From Promethearchaeota archaeon (GTDB lineage: Archaea; Asgardarchaeota; Lokiarchaeia; Sigyniarchaeales; SOKP01), in NCBI GenBank assembly GCA_016839555.1, contig JAEOUA010000007.1, positions 160,001 through 224,000 on the forward strand: 64,000 bases of DNA, given 5' to 3'. This document shows positions 18,956 to 28,834 of this stretch, in pieces. Positions within the stretch are counted from its first letter, which is position 1; each line of letters starts with the position of its first letter. Under the pieces are notes generated by a model, which saw only the letters and a list, made by a program, of their open reading frames with translations, was not told the origin of the DNA and ran no database searches. Position numbers and translations under genes: made by a program.

Positions 18956-21322
18956 TTATTCGTTGAGTATATTTTTTAAAGCTTCTATATTTTTTTTAAA
19001 TATTTGAGCGTTTCGAGAGTTTTCTAATCCCAATTCTATGAGAGTATCTAATGCCTGTTCAAAGGATCTTAAAGATGCCTCATAGTTCCCTTGCGCATAA
19101 TATATACTTCCGATGTTGTTAAGGCGGGTGGCTTTCCCCAAAAGGTCTCCCAGCTGCTCGGCAATCTTGAGCGCCTCTTCATACCGTTCTAACGCTTCGG
19201 GATAGTTTCCTTGCGCCTGATATATACCACCGATGTTGTTAAGGCGGGTGGCTTTCCCCGAAAGGTCTCCCAGCTGATCGGCAATCTTGAGCGCCTCCTC
19301 ATAGTATATCAACGCCTCGGAATAGTTTCCTTGCACCTGATATATACTCCCGATGTTGTTAAGGCGGGTAGCTTTCTTCGATAGGTCGCCCAGCTGATCG
19401 GCAATCTTGAGCGCCTCCTCATACCAATTAATTGCTTCGGAATAGTTCCCTTGCGCATAATATATCTTTCCGATGTTGTTAAGGCGGGTGGCTTTTCCCG
19501 AAAGATCCCCCAGCTGCTCATCAATCTTGAGCGCCTCCTCATACCGTTCTAACGCCTCGGGATAGTTCCCTTGCGCATAATATACACTCCCGATGTTGTT
19601 ATGGCGGGTGGCTTTTCCCGAAAGATCCCCCAGCTGATAGTCAATCTTGAGCGCCTCCTCATACCGTTCTAACGCCTCGGGATAGTTACCCTGCGCCCTA
19701 TATATCTCTCCGATGTTGTTAAGGTCTGTAGCTTTCCCCGAAAGGTCCCCCAACTGCTCATCAATCTTGAGCGCCTCCTCATACCGTTCTAACGCCTCGG
19801 GATAGTTCCCTTGCGCATAATATACACTCCCGATATTGATAAGGTCTGTAGCTTTCCCCGAAAGGTCGCCCAACTGCTCATCAATCTTGAGCGCCTCCTC
19901 ATATCGATTTATTGCTTCAGGATAGTTCCCTTGTGAATAATATATCTTTCCGATGTTGTTAAGGACACGGGCTTTCTTAGAAAGGTCGCCAAACTGCTCG
20001 ATAATCTTCAGCGCCTCCTCATACCTATTTATTGCTTCAGGATAATTCCCCTGTGCATAATATATACTCCCGATGTTGTTAAAATGGGTAGCTTTTTCTG
20101 AAAGGTCGCTCAGCTGCTTATCAATCTTGAGCGCCTCCTCATAGTATTTCAGTGCCTCGGTATAGTTCCCTTGCGATCCATAAATTGTCCCCATTGAGCT
20201 CAGCGCAAAAGCTTTCCAGGAGAGATCTTCTTGTTCTTCTGCGAGCTTAAGAATTGTCGTTAGACACCGCATTGAATCGGGATGCTTATTAAAATTATCA
20301 TAGATTTTATAGGGGATTGAAAATTTCTGGAAACTATCCGCAGCTTTGATATTATCTTTAAGAAAAGTGGTGGATTTCAACGAAAAATTTTTCGCATTAA
20401 GTGATGGTTTCGTTTCCAATAAATCATTCACCAAGCGTAATGTATTGGTTTCCACCCGGTAGATATATCTTGTGTTTCGCATTCTGTAGATGCCACTGAG
20501 GATTTGATTCACTTTATCTGATTGATCTAAATGTAATATTGTTTTACCATCGATTTCATAAATTTGTTCTCTTCCACCGTCATCTAATTTGTAATCGATC
20601 CACACAATAGTTTCCACATCCTTAAGCACTTGTAAAGTGGGCACTATATCGAAGTCATCACTTCCCGAATAGCCCATCACGACCAATGTCCGCCCTCTTG
20701 AGATATTATTAAATAGTGGGCGCTTAAAGGGCTCTAACTGGAATACGCTTTCTCCTTCTTTTCCTAAGCCAAACGCCTGTATGGTTGCCACTAAAGAATC
20801 CTTGGTACTTTCTTGAGTGATTATATTTTTAGGAGAGCCGTGAATCTTATAGACTACCTTTTTGCCTTCTTGAAATAATGCTTCGGGATTGTTATATGTT
20901 TCGAAATCGTTTCTAGTAATTACAGGAACAATCTCATTTTTGGGAACGCCCGATTGCTCTAAGGCATGTTCGATAAGAAAGTCGAAGTTGGTGGTCATCA
21001 CAAAATGTCCTTTCTGAAGCATCTCCGCCAGAAAATAGTGTTGGAGATTCGGGGTATCGCACATACCATAGTAATCGATAATTTTAAGCTCGGGATCTAA
21101 TCGGTCTCGAATAATTTCGACTAACTGCTCGAATCTCAATTCTTTTAAGTCTAATAGCTTCTCAATTTCGCTTTCGGCACAAGTAACGTTAATAATAGCC
21201 TCTATCATGGCTCGCCCTGTCGGAAGGCACGAGGGCGTATCCACTGAGCAACCCGCTCCCACTAAAAAGCTCAGCTTTTTGCCATTAATAAGCTCTTTAA
21301 AGCTCTGATTTTTACGGGTCAT
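18956..21322 (-). CDS. SIR2-like (SIR2_2) domain protein with ten 40-aa TPR repeats
   Basis: FLVGAGCS, TTNFD, KIHGS, VMGYSGSD motifs, then TPR units of the form KATxLNNIGxIYxxQGNYxEALxxYEEALKI. Confidence 0.88.
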   Translation of the reverse strand: MTRKNQSFKELINGKKLSFLVGAGCSVDTPSCLPTGRAMIEAIINVTCAESEIEKLLDLKELRFEQLVEIIRDRLDPELKIIDYYGMCDTPNLQHYFLAEMLQKGHFVMTTNFDFLIEHALEQSGVPKNEIVPVITRNDFETYNNPEALFQEGKKVVYKIHGSPKNIITQESTKDSLVATIQAFGLGKEGESVFQLEPFKRPLFNNISRGRTLVVMGYSGSDDFDIVPTLQVLKDVETIVWIDYKLDDGGREQIYEIDGKTILHLDQSDKVNQILSGIYRMRNTRYIYRVETNTLRLVNDLLETKPSLNAKNFSLKSTTFLKDNIKAADSFQKFSIPYKIYDNFNKHPDSMRCLTTILKLAEEQEDLSWKAFALSSMGTIYGSQGNYTEALKYYEEALKIDKQLSDLSEKATHFNNIGSIYYAQGNYPEAINRYEEALKIIEQFGDLSKKARVLNNIGKIYYSQGNYPEAINRYEEALKIDEQLGDLSGKATDLINIGSVYYAQGNYPEALERYEEALKIDEQLGDLSGKATDLNNIGEIYRAQGNYPEALERYEEALKIDYQLGDLSGKATRHNNIGSVYYAQGNYPEALERYEEALKIDEQLGDLSGKATRLNNIGKIYYAQGNYSEAINWYEEALKIADQLGDLSKKATRLNNIGSIYQVQGNYSEALIYYEEALKIADQLGDLSGKATRLNNIGGIYQAQGNYPEALERYEEALKIAEQLGDLLGKATRLNNIGSIYYAQGNYEASLRSFEQALDTLIELGLENSRNAQIFKKNIEALKNILNE
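19016..20215 (-). repeat. Intragenic tandem repeat, 10 x 120 bp
   Basis: An ATAGTTCCCTTG-like motif recurs every 120 nt from 19082 to 20162. Confidence 0.92.
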
Positions 21323-21453
21323 TAATTTTCCTACTAATTATATTGAATTTGGAATATGAATAATTATGAAGATAAACATAAATTTATATTTAAATTTTAG
21401 ATATATCCCAAAAAAAAAGAGAATATTCCTTTTTAATTTTCCTTAAGACCAGA

Positions 21454-21714
21454 TCAAGGCTCGGGAAAGAAATTATAATCGTTGGTAGAAATATCTTCCA
21501 AAAACAGTAATATCTGTTTGGGATGTTTCTCTTCTAACAATATAAAGATTAATCGTTTAAATACATGCTCTATGGCAAACTTTTCTGCCTCTAGCTTTAT
21601 CTGATCTATAACACTAAAAATATTCTTATTTACAACCTCTCATTAATTAGGATCATCTACCATTCGTGAACTATCATAAGTTGAAATATAGATTGTAATA
21701 GCATGTCCGATCAT
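21454..21714 (-). pseudogene. Possible decayed ORF
   Basis: ATG at 21714, 23 codons, in-frame TAA-TGA, then about 60 more sense codons; no recognisable motif. Confidence 0.25.
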
Positions 21715-21865
21715 TACTAACGACCCAATTCGGACATCGAGCGCTAATTGTGCTTAGAGAGGCACGAAAACGGAAGGTCCAATCTCCGGAGCTTTGAATT
21801 TGAGGGATATCAGATCCGAGGTATAAATAGATAAAAACTTTTTCTATCAAAGCTTTTTTTTCCCA

Positions 21866-21886
21866 ATTTTATCAAAGTGGAATATG
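21866..21886 (+). repeat. 21-bp direct repeat, copy 2
   Basis: Identical to 18836-18856. Confidence 0.85.
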
Positions 21887-22024
21887 CTAAAGATTTATTA
21901 TAAAAGCAAACTATAAATAAAAGAAAGTGCTAATAATAATTTATAATAGTAGAAATTACTCAAATGGAAGTGAGAAAAGATAACAGTATCAGATGAATCA
22001 AAATTTAGTGATAATGTAAAAAAG

Positions 22025-23071
22025 TTGATGCAAGAGTATCAAAAGATTCAGATGAAAGCAGTAGGTGAATTTCTCAAGCGAAAAGAAAATCAGAAAATCA
22101 ATTTTTTAGACCTTTGGAATAAATTGATGGATGCCAATGCTCTTTGGGTCGACACTAAGGGAAAAGATTTAACTTACGAGGATTTATCTAATTTAACTAC
22201 TCATGAAGAGCGGATGTTTCTTGCTAAATTTATTCGAGATATATTCGATTATACTTCTGAACTCCAGGAAAAAGAAGATCCGCTGCCAGAAAGCATAAAA
22301 ATCGAGCAAATTGAGGCCAATGAAGTACCTGCTGAATGGCAGATTGTTCCAAACGCGAATGAAGAAAGAGTTTTACTATATTTTCATGGGGGAGGTATGG
22401 TTTTAGGTTCTCCAAGAAATTCTCGATATCTCACGGTGGAAATTGCGAAAGCTACGAAAATGAAAGTATTAAGTGTAGATTATCGTTTAGCTCCAGAACA
22501 TCCCCATCCTGCGGGACAAGAAGATTGTATGAAAGTGTACGAATGGCTCCTTTCGGAAGGTTACAAACCAAAAAACATCATTTTAGGAGGATTATCCGCG
22601 GGGGGTTATTATACAATTATAACGCTTTTAAGATTGAGAGATGAAGGGAAACCATTACCATTGGGAGGTGTATGTCTTTCTCCTGCCACGGATTTAAGAG
22701 AAGAGGGTCAAGATGATTTGTTTTACCAAAATGCAAGGACCGATCCAATTTTGGCAGATTCTGGGTTGTTATTATGGTGTACCATCGCATATTTAGGAGG
22801 AAAAGACCCAAATGATCCCTATATAACTCCCCTCCTGGCTGATTTAAAGGACTTACCTCCCTTATTAATTCAAGCTAGCACTTCTGAAATACTTTATAGC
22901 AACGCTAAAAAATTTTACGAGAAAGCAAAAGAAGCCGGTGTAAACGTAAAATTTGAAACATGGGATAATGTTCCTCACGGATTTCATTCTTTTGGATTAA
23001 ATATCTTACCAGAAGCACAAGACGCTATCAAACACATTAAAATGTTTGTTGATGGGTTATTTCATCAATAA
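22025..23071 (+). CDS. Alpha/beta hydrolase, HSL-family esterase/lipase
   Basis: HGGG, DYRLAPEHP, GLSAGG nucleophile elbow, HGF. Confidence 0.92.
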   Translation: MMQEYQKIQMKAVGEFLKRKENQKINFLDLWNKLMDANALWVDTKGKDLTYEDLSNLTTHEERMFLAKFIRDIFDYTSELQEKEDPLPESIKIEQIEANEVPAEWQIVPNANEERVLLYFHGGGMVLGSPRNSRYLTVEIAKATKMKVLSVDYRLAPEHPHPAGQEDCMKVYEWLLSEGYKPKNIILGGLSAGGYYTIITLLRLRDEGKPLPLGGVCLSPATDLREEGQDDLFYQNARTDPILADSGLLLWCTIAYLGGKDPNDPYITPLLADLKDLPPLLIQASTSEILYSNAKKFYEKAKEAGVNVKFETWDNVPHGFHSFGLNILPEAQDAIKHIKMFVDGLFHQ

Positions 23072-23388
23072 AATTATATTCATATTAAGAACTGAAAAGT
23101 GAGTCTCTAAGAAATTTTTACATATCAATCTATCTTTTACCTTTTTTTTATTCTGTCTCTTTCTTTGATATTGCTATTCCAAAACCAGATTAAATATCAT
23201 AATCAATGCAATTTAGATATAAAAAAGTAGATCCATCTCCTTGTAAGTATCTTGAGTGCAAAAATATTACTCCTAAAAACTGATCCCAAATTGAGATTTT
23301 CATTTCATAAAATAATTATTTCAAAAATATTTAAATACAAGATTAGCATATTTTTTTATACTGAAGAAAAAAAAGAAGGTGATAAAGA

Positions 23389-23601
23389 ATGGTCGGGATG
23401 GTTTATAAATCAATAGAATTAGTTGGCACAAGCGATAAAAATTGGGCTGAAGCAGTAAAAAACGCTTATAAAGAGGCTAAAAAAACTCTCCGGGGTATTA
23501 GAAACATTAGTATTATTCAGTCAGATGTTAAAGTGAAAGAGGATACCGACACTCTTATATATCGAGTAAGGTGTCAAGTGAATTTTGAGCTTGAGAAATA
23601 A
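23389..23601 (+). CDS. Dodecin family protein
   Basis: VYKSIELVGTS..WAEAV..A..EA.KTLRGI ... YRV..VNF. Confidence 0.88.
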   Translation: MVGMVYKSIELVGTSDKNWAEAVKNAYKEAKKTLRGIRNISIIQSDVKVKEDTDTLIYRVRCQVNFELEK

Positions 23602-23819
23602 TTTTTTACTGTACTAAAATTTTAAATTTTAATTTTTTTTTTATTTTTTTTATTTATTCTTTTATATATTTCTTTTCTATATTTTTTTCTTTTTATTTGA
23701 AGAGGTATATTTTAGTATATTTAATTAAGATTTAATAACAACGCTTTTTTAATTTCCTACATAAATTAGTGTATTAAGCAATTAGACTTAATGGAAAAAT
23801 AAGAAGTACCCACAATAAA

Positions 23820-24311
23820 ATGGAAAAAGTATATTTTAAAAAAGTCAGAAAAAATGTGGAGCTTCCTCAACCTTCAAAGCGAGGAGATGCGGGAGCGGAT
23901 GCGAGGATCATGGGATTTAAAAAAATCCAGAGAGAAGGGAAGGATAAAAAATTAATTGATATCGATTCAGATAGTTATGTTTTAAAACCCTTAGAACGAG
24001 TGGGATGCGCCTTAGGGTTTGCAACAGCAATTCCGCAAGGATATTATTTTAAGGTGGTGCCTCGAAGCGGACTTGCGCTTTGGGATGGGCTTACGATTTT
24101 AAACACGCCGGGAACTATAGATTCTGGATATCGAAATGAATGGATGGCAATTGTAGCTAATCTCTCAAATAAGGAAGTAACCTTACACAAGGGTGATAGG
24201 ATTTGTCAGATAATATTTGGCAAACTCCACGATTATCAAGGTATTGAAGTAGATGAATTACCCTCATCCGAGAGAGGTTTGGGTGGTTTTGGGTCTACTG
24301 GAAAAAAATAG
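23820..24311 (+). CDS. dut: dUTP diphosphatase (trimeric)
   Basis: AGAD, PRSGLA, GTIDSGYR, RICQ, RGLGGFGSTG. Confidence 0.93.
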   Translation: MEKVYFKKVRKNVELPQPSKRGDAGADARIMGFKKIQREGKDKKLIDIDSDSYVLKPLERVGCALGFATAIPQGYYFKVVPRSGLALWDGLTILNTPGTIDSGYRNEWMAIVANLSNKEVTLHKGDRICQIIFGKLHDYQGIEVDELPSSERGLGGFGSTGKK

Positions 24312-24435
24312 ATTTTTTGTAAACTTTTCCTCTTTAAGTAAGAATCTTAACATTCAAATGTTTAGAAAGATATATCTAATTGACTTTGTCAATAACATAA
24401 TAAACTAATTATATAAAGTCATTAGGTTATAAAAA

Positions 24436-25962
24436 GTGAATAAAAAGAATAAAGAACCGATGCCTAAGGATCATTTTCTTTATAAGATTTTAAATCCCGA
24501 TTCGATAGCTGTTTTTGGAGCAAATAATAATCTTCTCACTACAATGGGTTCAATGCAATTACGGAATATCATTACTGGAGGATTTAAAGGGGAAATATAT
24601 CCAATACACCCTAAATTAACCCAAGTGCAAGGATATAAAGCATATCAAAATATTCTTGATGTTCCAGAAACTCCTGACTTAGCATTCCTGATTCTTCCAC
24701 CAAGAGTGATCCCGGAAGTCTTAAAAGAATGTGGAGAAAAAGGCATAAAACGATTAATTATTACTTCTGGAGGATTTAGAGAAATTGGGGAAGATGGAAA
24801 GCAATTATCTCAAGAAGTTAATCAAATAGCTGAAACCTATGATATGAGGTTTGTTGGACCCAACTGTTTAGGAATTTATAATGGGTGGTATGATCCAGAA
24901 GTGAAAGATTCATATTTTAATACAATGTGGATATATGAGACTCCAGAGAGAGGAAATATCTCTATTGTGTCTCAATCTGGTACTATTGCGTGTCATGTCT
25001 TCTGGCATTGCCAAGATTGGGGTGTGAAGATTGGTAAATCATTATCAATCGGTAATGAACTAAATATTGATATTTTAGACTATTTAGAATATTTCAGACA
25101 AGATCCGCAAACTCAAGTCATAGGAATTTATCTAGAAGAGATAAAACGGGGTAGGAAATTTGTAGAGTTAGCTAAAGAAATAACCCCAGAGAAACCAATA
25201 GTAGCTATCTATGCAGGTGGTACAGAAGCTGCCGAGCGTTCGATCAAGAGCCATACCGGTGCGATAGGAGGCAATCAAAAAATTTATGATGCTGTATTTA
25301 AAGAAACTGGAATTATTTCAACCACTTCAATGACTGACTTTTTATACTATCTACGTACCTTATCTTTCGCGCAAAATGATAAAATCTATCTAAATGGGGA
25401 TAAAGTGGGGATTATTACTGATTCTGGGGGAAGTGGAAGTATGATGACAAAAACAGCAGAACAATTAGGATTAAAAGTCCCTCGCTTTAGTAAAGAGTTG
25501 CAATCAGAAATTCAAAAAAAAATTCCATATACAGCAAGCGCTCTGAATCCAATCGATGTAACTTTTGATACTGATTTTATAAACTTACTCAAGAGCTTCC
25601 CCAAAATATTAATGGAATCAGGAGAGGTGGATGCGATAATTGTATATGGAGTTTTTGATTTTGACGATGTGCTAAAAACTATGGAAGAATCAGGAATGAA
25701 AATTAATGATGAAATGAAGCAAATAAGTGATATGATTCAGCGAGCCGTTTTTAAACCGATCAAACGTTTAATGAAAAAATATTCTTTACCAGTCTTTTAT
25801 GTAGGTCCGATGCCATACAGATTTGAATGGTATCGGAAATTCATTTCCCATGATATTCCTATATTTTCACTCTGGGATGCTCCCTCAAAATGTTTGAAAA
25901 TACTTTATGATTATTCTCAACACCGCAACAAATTTAAAACATTCAAAAATAATTCTGTATGA
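24436..25962 (+). CDS. acdA: Acetate/acyl-CoA ligase (ADP-forming) alpha subunit
   Basis: CoA-binding N-terminus, GPNCLG, SQSG, SHTGA phospho-His, NPIDV. Confidence 0.85.
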   Translation: MNKKNKEPMPKDHFLYKILNPDSIAVFGANNNLLTTMGSMQLRNIITGGFKGEIYPIHPKLTQVQGYKAYQNILDVPETPDLAFLILPPRVIPEVLKECGEKGIKRLIITSGGFREIGEDGKQLSQEVNQIAETYDMRFVGPNCLGIYNGWYDPEVKDSYFNTMWIYETPERGNISIVSQSGTIACHVFWHCQDWGVKIGKSLSIGNELNIDILDYLEYFRQDPQTQVIGIYLEEIKRGRKFVELAKEITPEKPIVAIYAGGTEAAERSIKSHTGAIGGNQKIYDAVFKETGIISTTSMTDFLYYLRTLSFAQNDKIYLNGDKVGIITDSGGSGSMMTKTAEQLGLKVPRFSKELQSEIQKKIPYTASALNPIDVTFDTDFINLLKSFPKILMESGEVDAIIVYGVFDFDDVLKTMEESGMKINDEMKQISDMIQRAVFKPIKRLMKKYSLPVFYVGPMPYRFEWYRKFISHDIPIFSLWDAPSKCLKILYDYSQHRNKFKTFKNNSV

Positions 25963-26161
25963 AATTCTTACCTTTTTAAATCCTCAAAAGTTGAAATCGC
26001 TGTTTTTCTTTTTATTTATTTTAGACTAAACAATTATAACTATTCGTGCAGCAATTTCATGATTTAGTAGAAGTAATATCTTTTTGAATGATATATAAAT
26101 TTATTATTAGATTTATTTTATTTATTGAGAGAAAGAGAATTATAAATTTTTTTATATATAT

Positions 26162-27175
26162 ATGATAAATAATTTATTCTTGAGATTTTATAATCCTCCA
26201 GCAGCTCTTTTGGCTTCAGGCTCAAAAGAAGGAGTAGAATTAGGTGGCTCTAAGCTCATCCTTAGTATAGATGGGGATCATAATTTCTACAACGAGGGCT
26301 TGATTTATACAGAAATGAGTTGGGCAGAATTTTATAAAGATATCATCGGGCTGGAGGATCAAATAGATACATTCACCACTCAAGAGTTTGAATCAATAAG
26401 AGAAGATCCTAAAGCACTAGTTGAAACAATCGTGTCAAGCATTAAAAAAATTATGACTCAAGAAAAATTATTTTATGGACTCGGAGATTTTGAAGTAGAT
26501 GCCTTCATGAATCAAAACACAGTAATTCCTGGACTAAAATTAGAGAGTACATTGATAAATAAATTGATGGAAGCCCATAAAGAATTTAGGGATACTACAA
26601 AGTTTCCTAAATTAATGAAAGAAGAAGCAAATACAAAATTTATAAATATTACAATTCAAGGCACAAATAAAGAAAGGCTAAGGATTAAAGGGAAAAATCT
26701 CGAGGATATCGCTGATAAATTAAGATTTGCTAAAGGATTTGCTACAGGATTGATAGTATCTTCCAATAAATCTGCAAACTTTTTTATTATGAATGATAGA
26801 ATAGTATTTAAAGAAAATCAGGAACCGGAATTCTATATTGATAAAGATTGTATTATAATTATTGAATCTGGTATTGAGAGGAAGAGGCTTTTTCCAATTA
26901 GTTGGTTTAGATTTGATATTGGAATTCGATCTTTAAAAACTCTTGATTTGTGGGATGAAATTAAGGATGATCCTAATCTAATACAAGTTTTAAACGAATA
27001 TAATTCTTATATTGAAAAACTAATTATAAAAAAATATATAACTCTTAGCACTTCAGAGGATATTGACACAGATTTCGAGAAGGAATTTTTTAAATTAAAT
27101 CCAGCTCAGCGAAGAAAAGCATTAAAAGACATGCTAGATGCCATAAGGGAATTAACTAAAAAACTAGAGGAGTAG
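26162..27175 (+). CDS. Hypothetical protein
   Basis: 337-aa ORF with genome-typical composition; no motif recognised. Confidence 0.75.
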   Translation: MINNLFLRFYNPPAALLASGSKEGVELGGSKLILSIDGDHNFYNEGLIYTEMSWAEFYKDIIGLEDQIDTFTTQEFESIREDPKALVETIVSSIKKIMTQEKLFYGLGDFEVDAFMNQNTVIPGLKLESTLINKLMEAHKEFRDTTKFPKLMKEEANTKFINITIQGTNKERLRIKGKNLEDIADKLRFAKGFATGLIVSSNKSANFFIMNDRIVFKENQEPEFYIDKDCIIIIESGIERKRLFPISWFRFDIGIRSLKTLDLWDEIKDDPNLIQVLNEYNSYIEKLIIKKYITLSTSEDIDTDFEKEFFKLNPAQRRKALKDMLDAIRELTKKLEE

Positions 27176-27177
27176 AA

Positions 27178-27483
27178 TTACTCTTTTAAAATCCGGGGTG
27201 CTTTAATATAACCGTCTTTTGTATGTTGGGCGTTTTTTAATGCCTCTTCTTGACTTAAGCCTTCCCACGGTTTATCTTCCCTAAACACATTCTTTAGTTC
27301 TTCAATAGGATGCCGTGTAGGTTCCACATTTTCTGTATCTAGATTGTTTAATTTTTTAAAATAAGAGAGAATACTATTTAGCTGTTTAGAAAATGTCTCT
27401 TTTTCTTCTGGTGTTAATTCTAATAATGCTAAATCCGCAATTTGCTCTATGATATCCTTTGAGATTTCTTTATCATTCGTCAT
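27178..27483 (-). CDS. gatC: Asp-tRNA(Asn)/Glu-tRNA(Gln) amidotransferase subunit C
   Basis: IADLALLEL...QLNSILSYF..L..LDT..VEPT...NVFRED...ALKNA...GYIKAPRI. Confidence 0.92.
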   Translation of the reverse strand: MTNDKEISKDIIEQIADLALLELTPEEKETFSKQLNSILSYFKKLNNLDTENVEPTRHPIEELKNVFREDKPWEGLSQEEALKNAQHTKDGYIKAPRILKE

Positions 27484-27606
27484 TATTTAAAGAAATAAAC
27501 CGTTTTACTTTATTTTTTATAATACTAAAGATATTATTATTTTTTTCTTTTTGTTATATAATCAATTTAACAATTCTCAAATAAAATCATAATTTTTTAA
27601 AAAACG

Positions 27607-27960
27607 ATGAGTAGTAAAAATAGGTTATGGCGCGAGATTCCCGGATATGTTTTCGTTGCGTTAGCTCGTAGAGGCATGGAAAAGATCCCATTAGATCAAT
27701 GTTTTTTGCCTGGTTGCGACAATAATGATATTAATGAATTAGAACCTTTCGATATCGAAGAACATGATGATGACGAGAAAAATATTAAAATCATTAAAAT
27801 TAAATGCCATAAGTGCCAAGGTATCTTTCAATTCAAACTCGAAACTTTAAAAAAAGTAGCTAAAAAAGTTGGTGATAGCGAAGAAAAACCATTATCTATG
27901 GGAATTGCTTATGCCTTAGATGAAAAAGGTAAAAATCTCGGACATATTGGCTATTTTTAA
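27607..27960 (+). CDS. Hypothetical protein with probable zinc site
   Basis: CFLPGC and CHKC pairs. Confidence 0.7.
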   Translation: MSSKNRLWREIPGYVFVALARRGMEKIPLDQCFLPGCDNNDINELEPFDIEEHDDDEKNIKIIKIKCHKCQGIFQFKLETLKKVAKKVGDSEEKPLSMGIAYALDEKGKNLGHIGYF

Positions 27961-28049
27961 TGGTATAGAATGTATTAAAACATAAATTTTTTTCTTGATT
28001 AATTTTATTGAATTATTATTTAGTATTGAAAAAGGGTGATGCGCTAAAG

Positions 28050-28742
28050 ATGAGATTTAACCTATATCTCTTTGATCTTGATAATTCTTTATTATATATT
28101 CCAGATCCACCATCATATTTTGATAATATTTTAGTGGAAACAATCAAATCATTTACGATCAAAGAAATACCTTCCAGAGAGGAAAGAAATAAGTTTTGGA
28201 ACTCTGGAGAAGATTATATGGTTCTTTTACAAAAATGGGGAATCAAATTAAAAGAAGGAGAACTTTTTTGGAGGAAATTTGATGCTAATGATTTTGAAAA
28301 AAGAAGAATCTTAATTGCCGATAATAAGATCACTCTCTTTTTAGATGTATTAAATGTACTTAATAAATTGAAGGCGGCTGGAAAGAAATTAGCCTTAGTT
28401 TCCAATACGGCCAAATACATTGTTAATTACGTAATAAAAGAGTTTAAGCTTGAAAATTATTTTCATGATATATTTGCATTAGGATATGGAATAGAACAAG
28501 AAATTGCAAAACCTTCTCCTAAAGGGATATCTCTTATATTAAAAAATTTAGGATTTAATCCAAATAAATCATCTGCAATAATGATAGGTGATTCAAAAAT
28601 TGATATTATTGCCGCAAAAAGAGCAAATATAAATGCCTGTCTCCTAAAGAGAAATTTATGGAAATTTTCAGAAACAGTGGATGCATGGGAATATCAACCA
28701 GACTTTATTATCGAAAATTTAGAAGAAATATTTACCCTTTAA
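28050..28742 (+). CDS. HAD-superfamily hydrolase (phosphoglycolate phosphatase-like)
   Basis: FDLDNSL, VSN, KPSP, MIGDS..D; GGTGA precedes ATG 28050 (the ORF track starts at TTG 28008). Confidence 0.88.
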   Translation: MRFNLYLFDLDNSLLYIPDPPSYFDNILVETIKSFTIKEIPSREERNKFWNSGEDYMVLLQKWGIKLKEGELFWRKFDANDFEKRRILIADNKITLFLDVLNVLNKLKAAGKKLALVSNTAKYIVNYVIKEFKLENYFHDIFALGYGIEQEIAKPSPKGISLILKNLGFNPNKSSAIMIGDSKIDIIAAKRANINACLLKRNLWKFSETVDAWEYQPDFIIENLEEIFTL

Positions 28743-28834
28743 GTATTAAATTATTCTATTATATTACTTTTCATATGATATACAAAAATATTTTACTCTC
28801 TATTCTTATAAATTAATGTAATAACACATATTAG

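Noticed and set aside
19016-20215. Regular 120-bp periodicity considered as a CRISPR array or DGR template/variable repeats
   Set aside because: The repeats are in-frame TPR codons with no unique spacers, the differences are not confined to adenines, and no cas or reverse transcriptase gene is in the window.
21714-21830. GC-richer stretch beginning TACTAAC with partial dyad symmetry, considered as an integron attC site
   Set aside because: No matching GTT-type end box and only short pairing; no integrase in the window.
23190-23303. 37-codon minus-strand ORF (MKISIWDQ...YLQG) faintly like a Rab switch II region
   Set aside because: Lacks DxxGQ and the spacing is wrong; likely chance.
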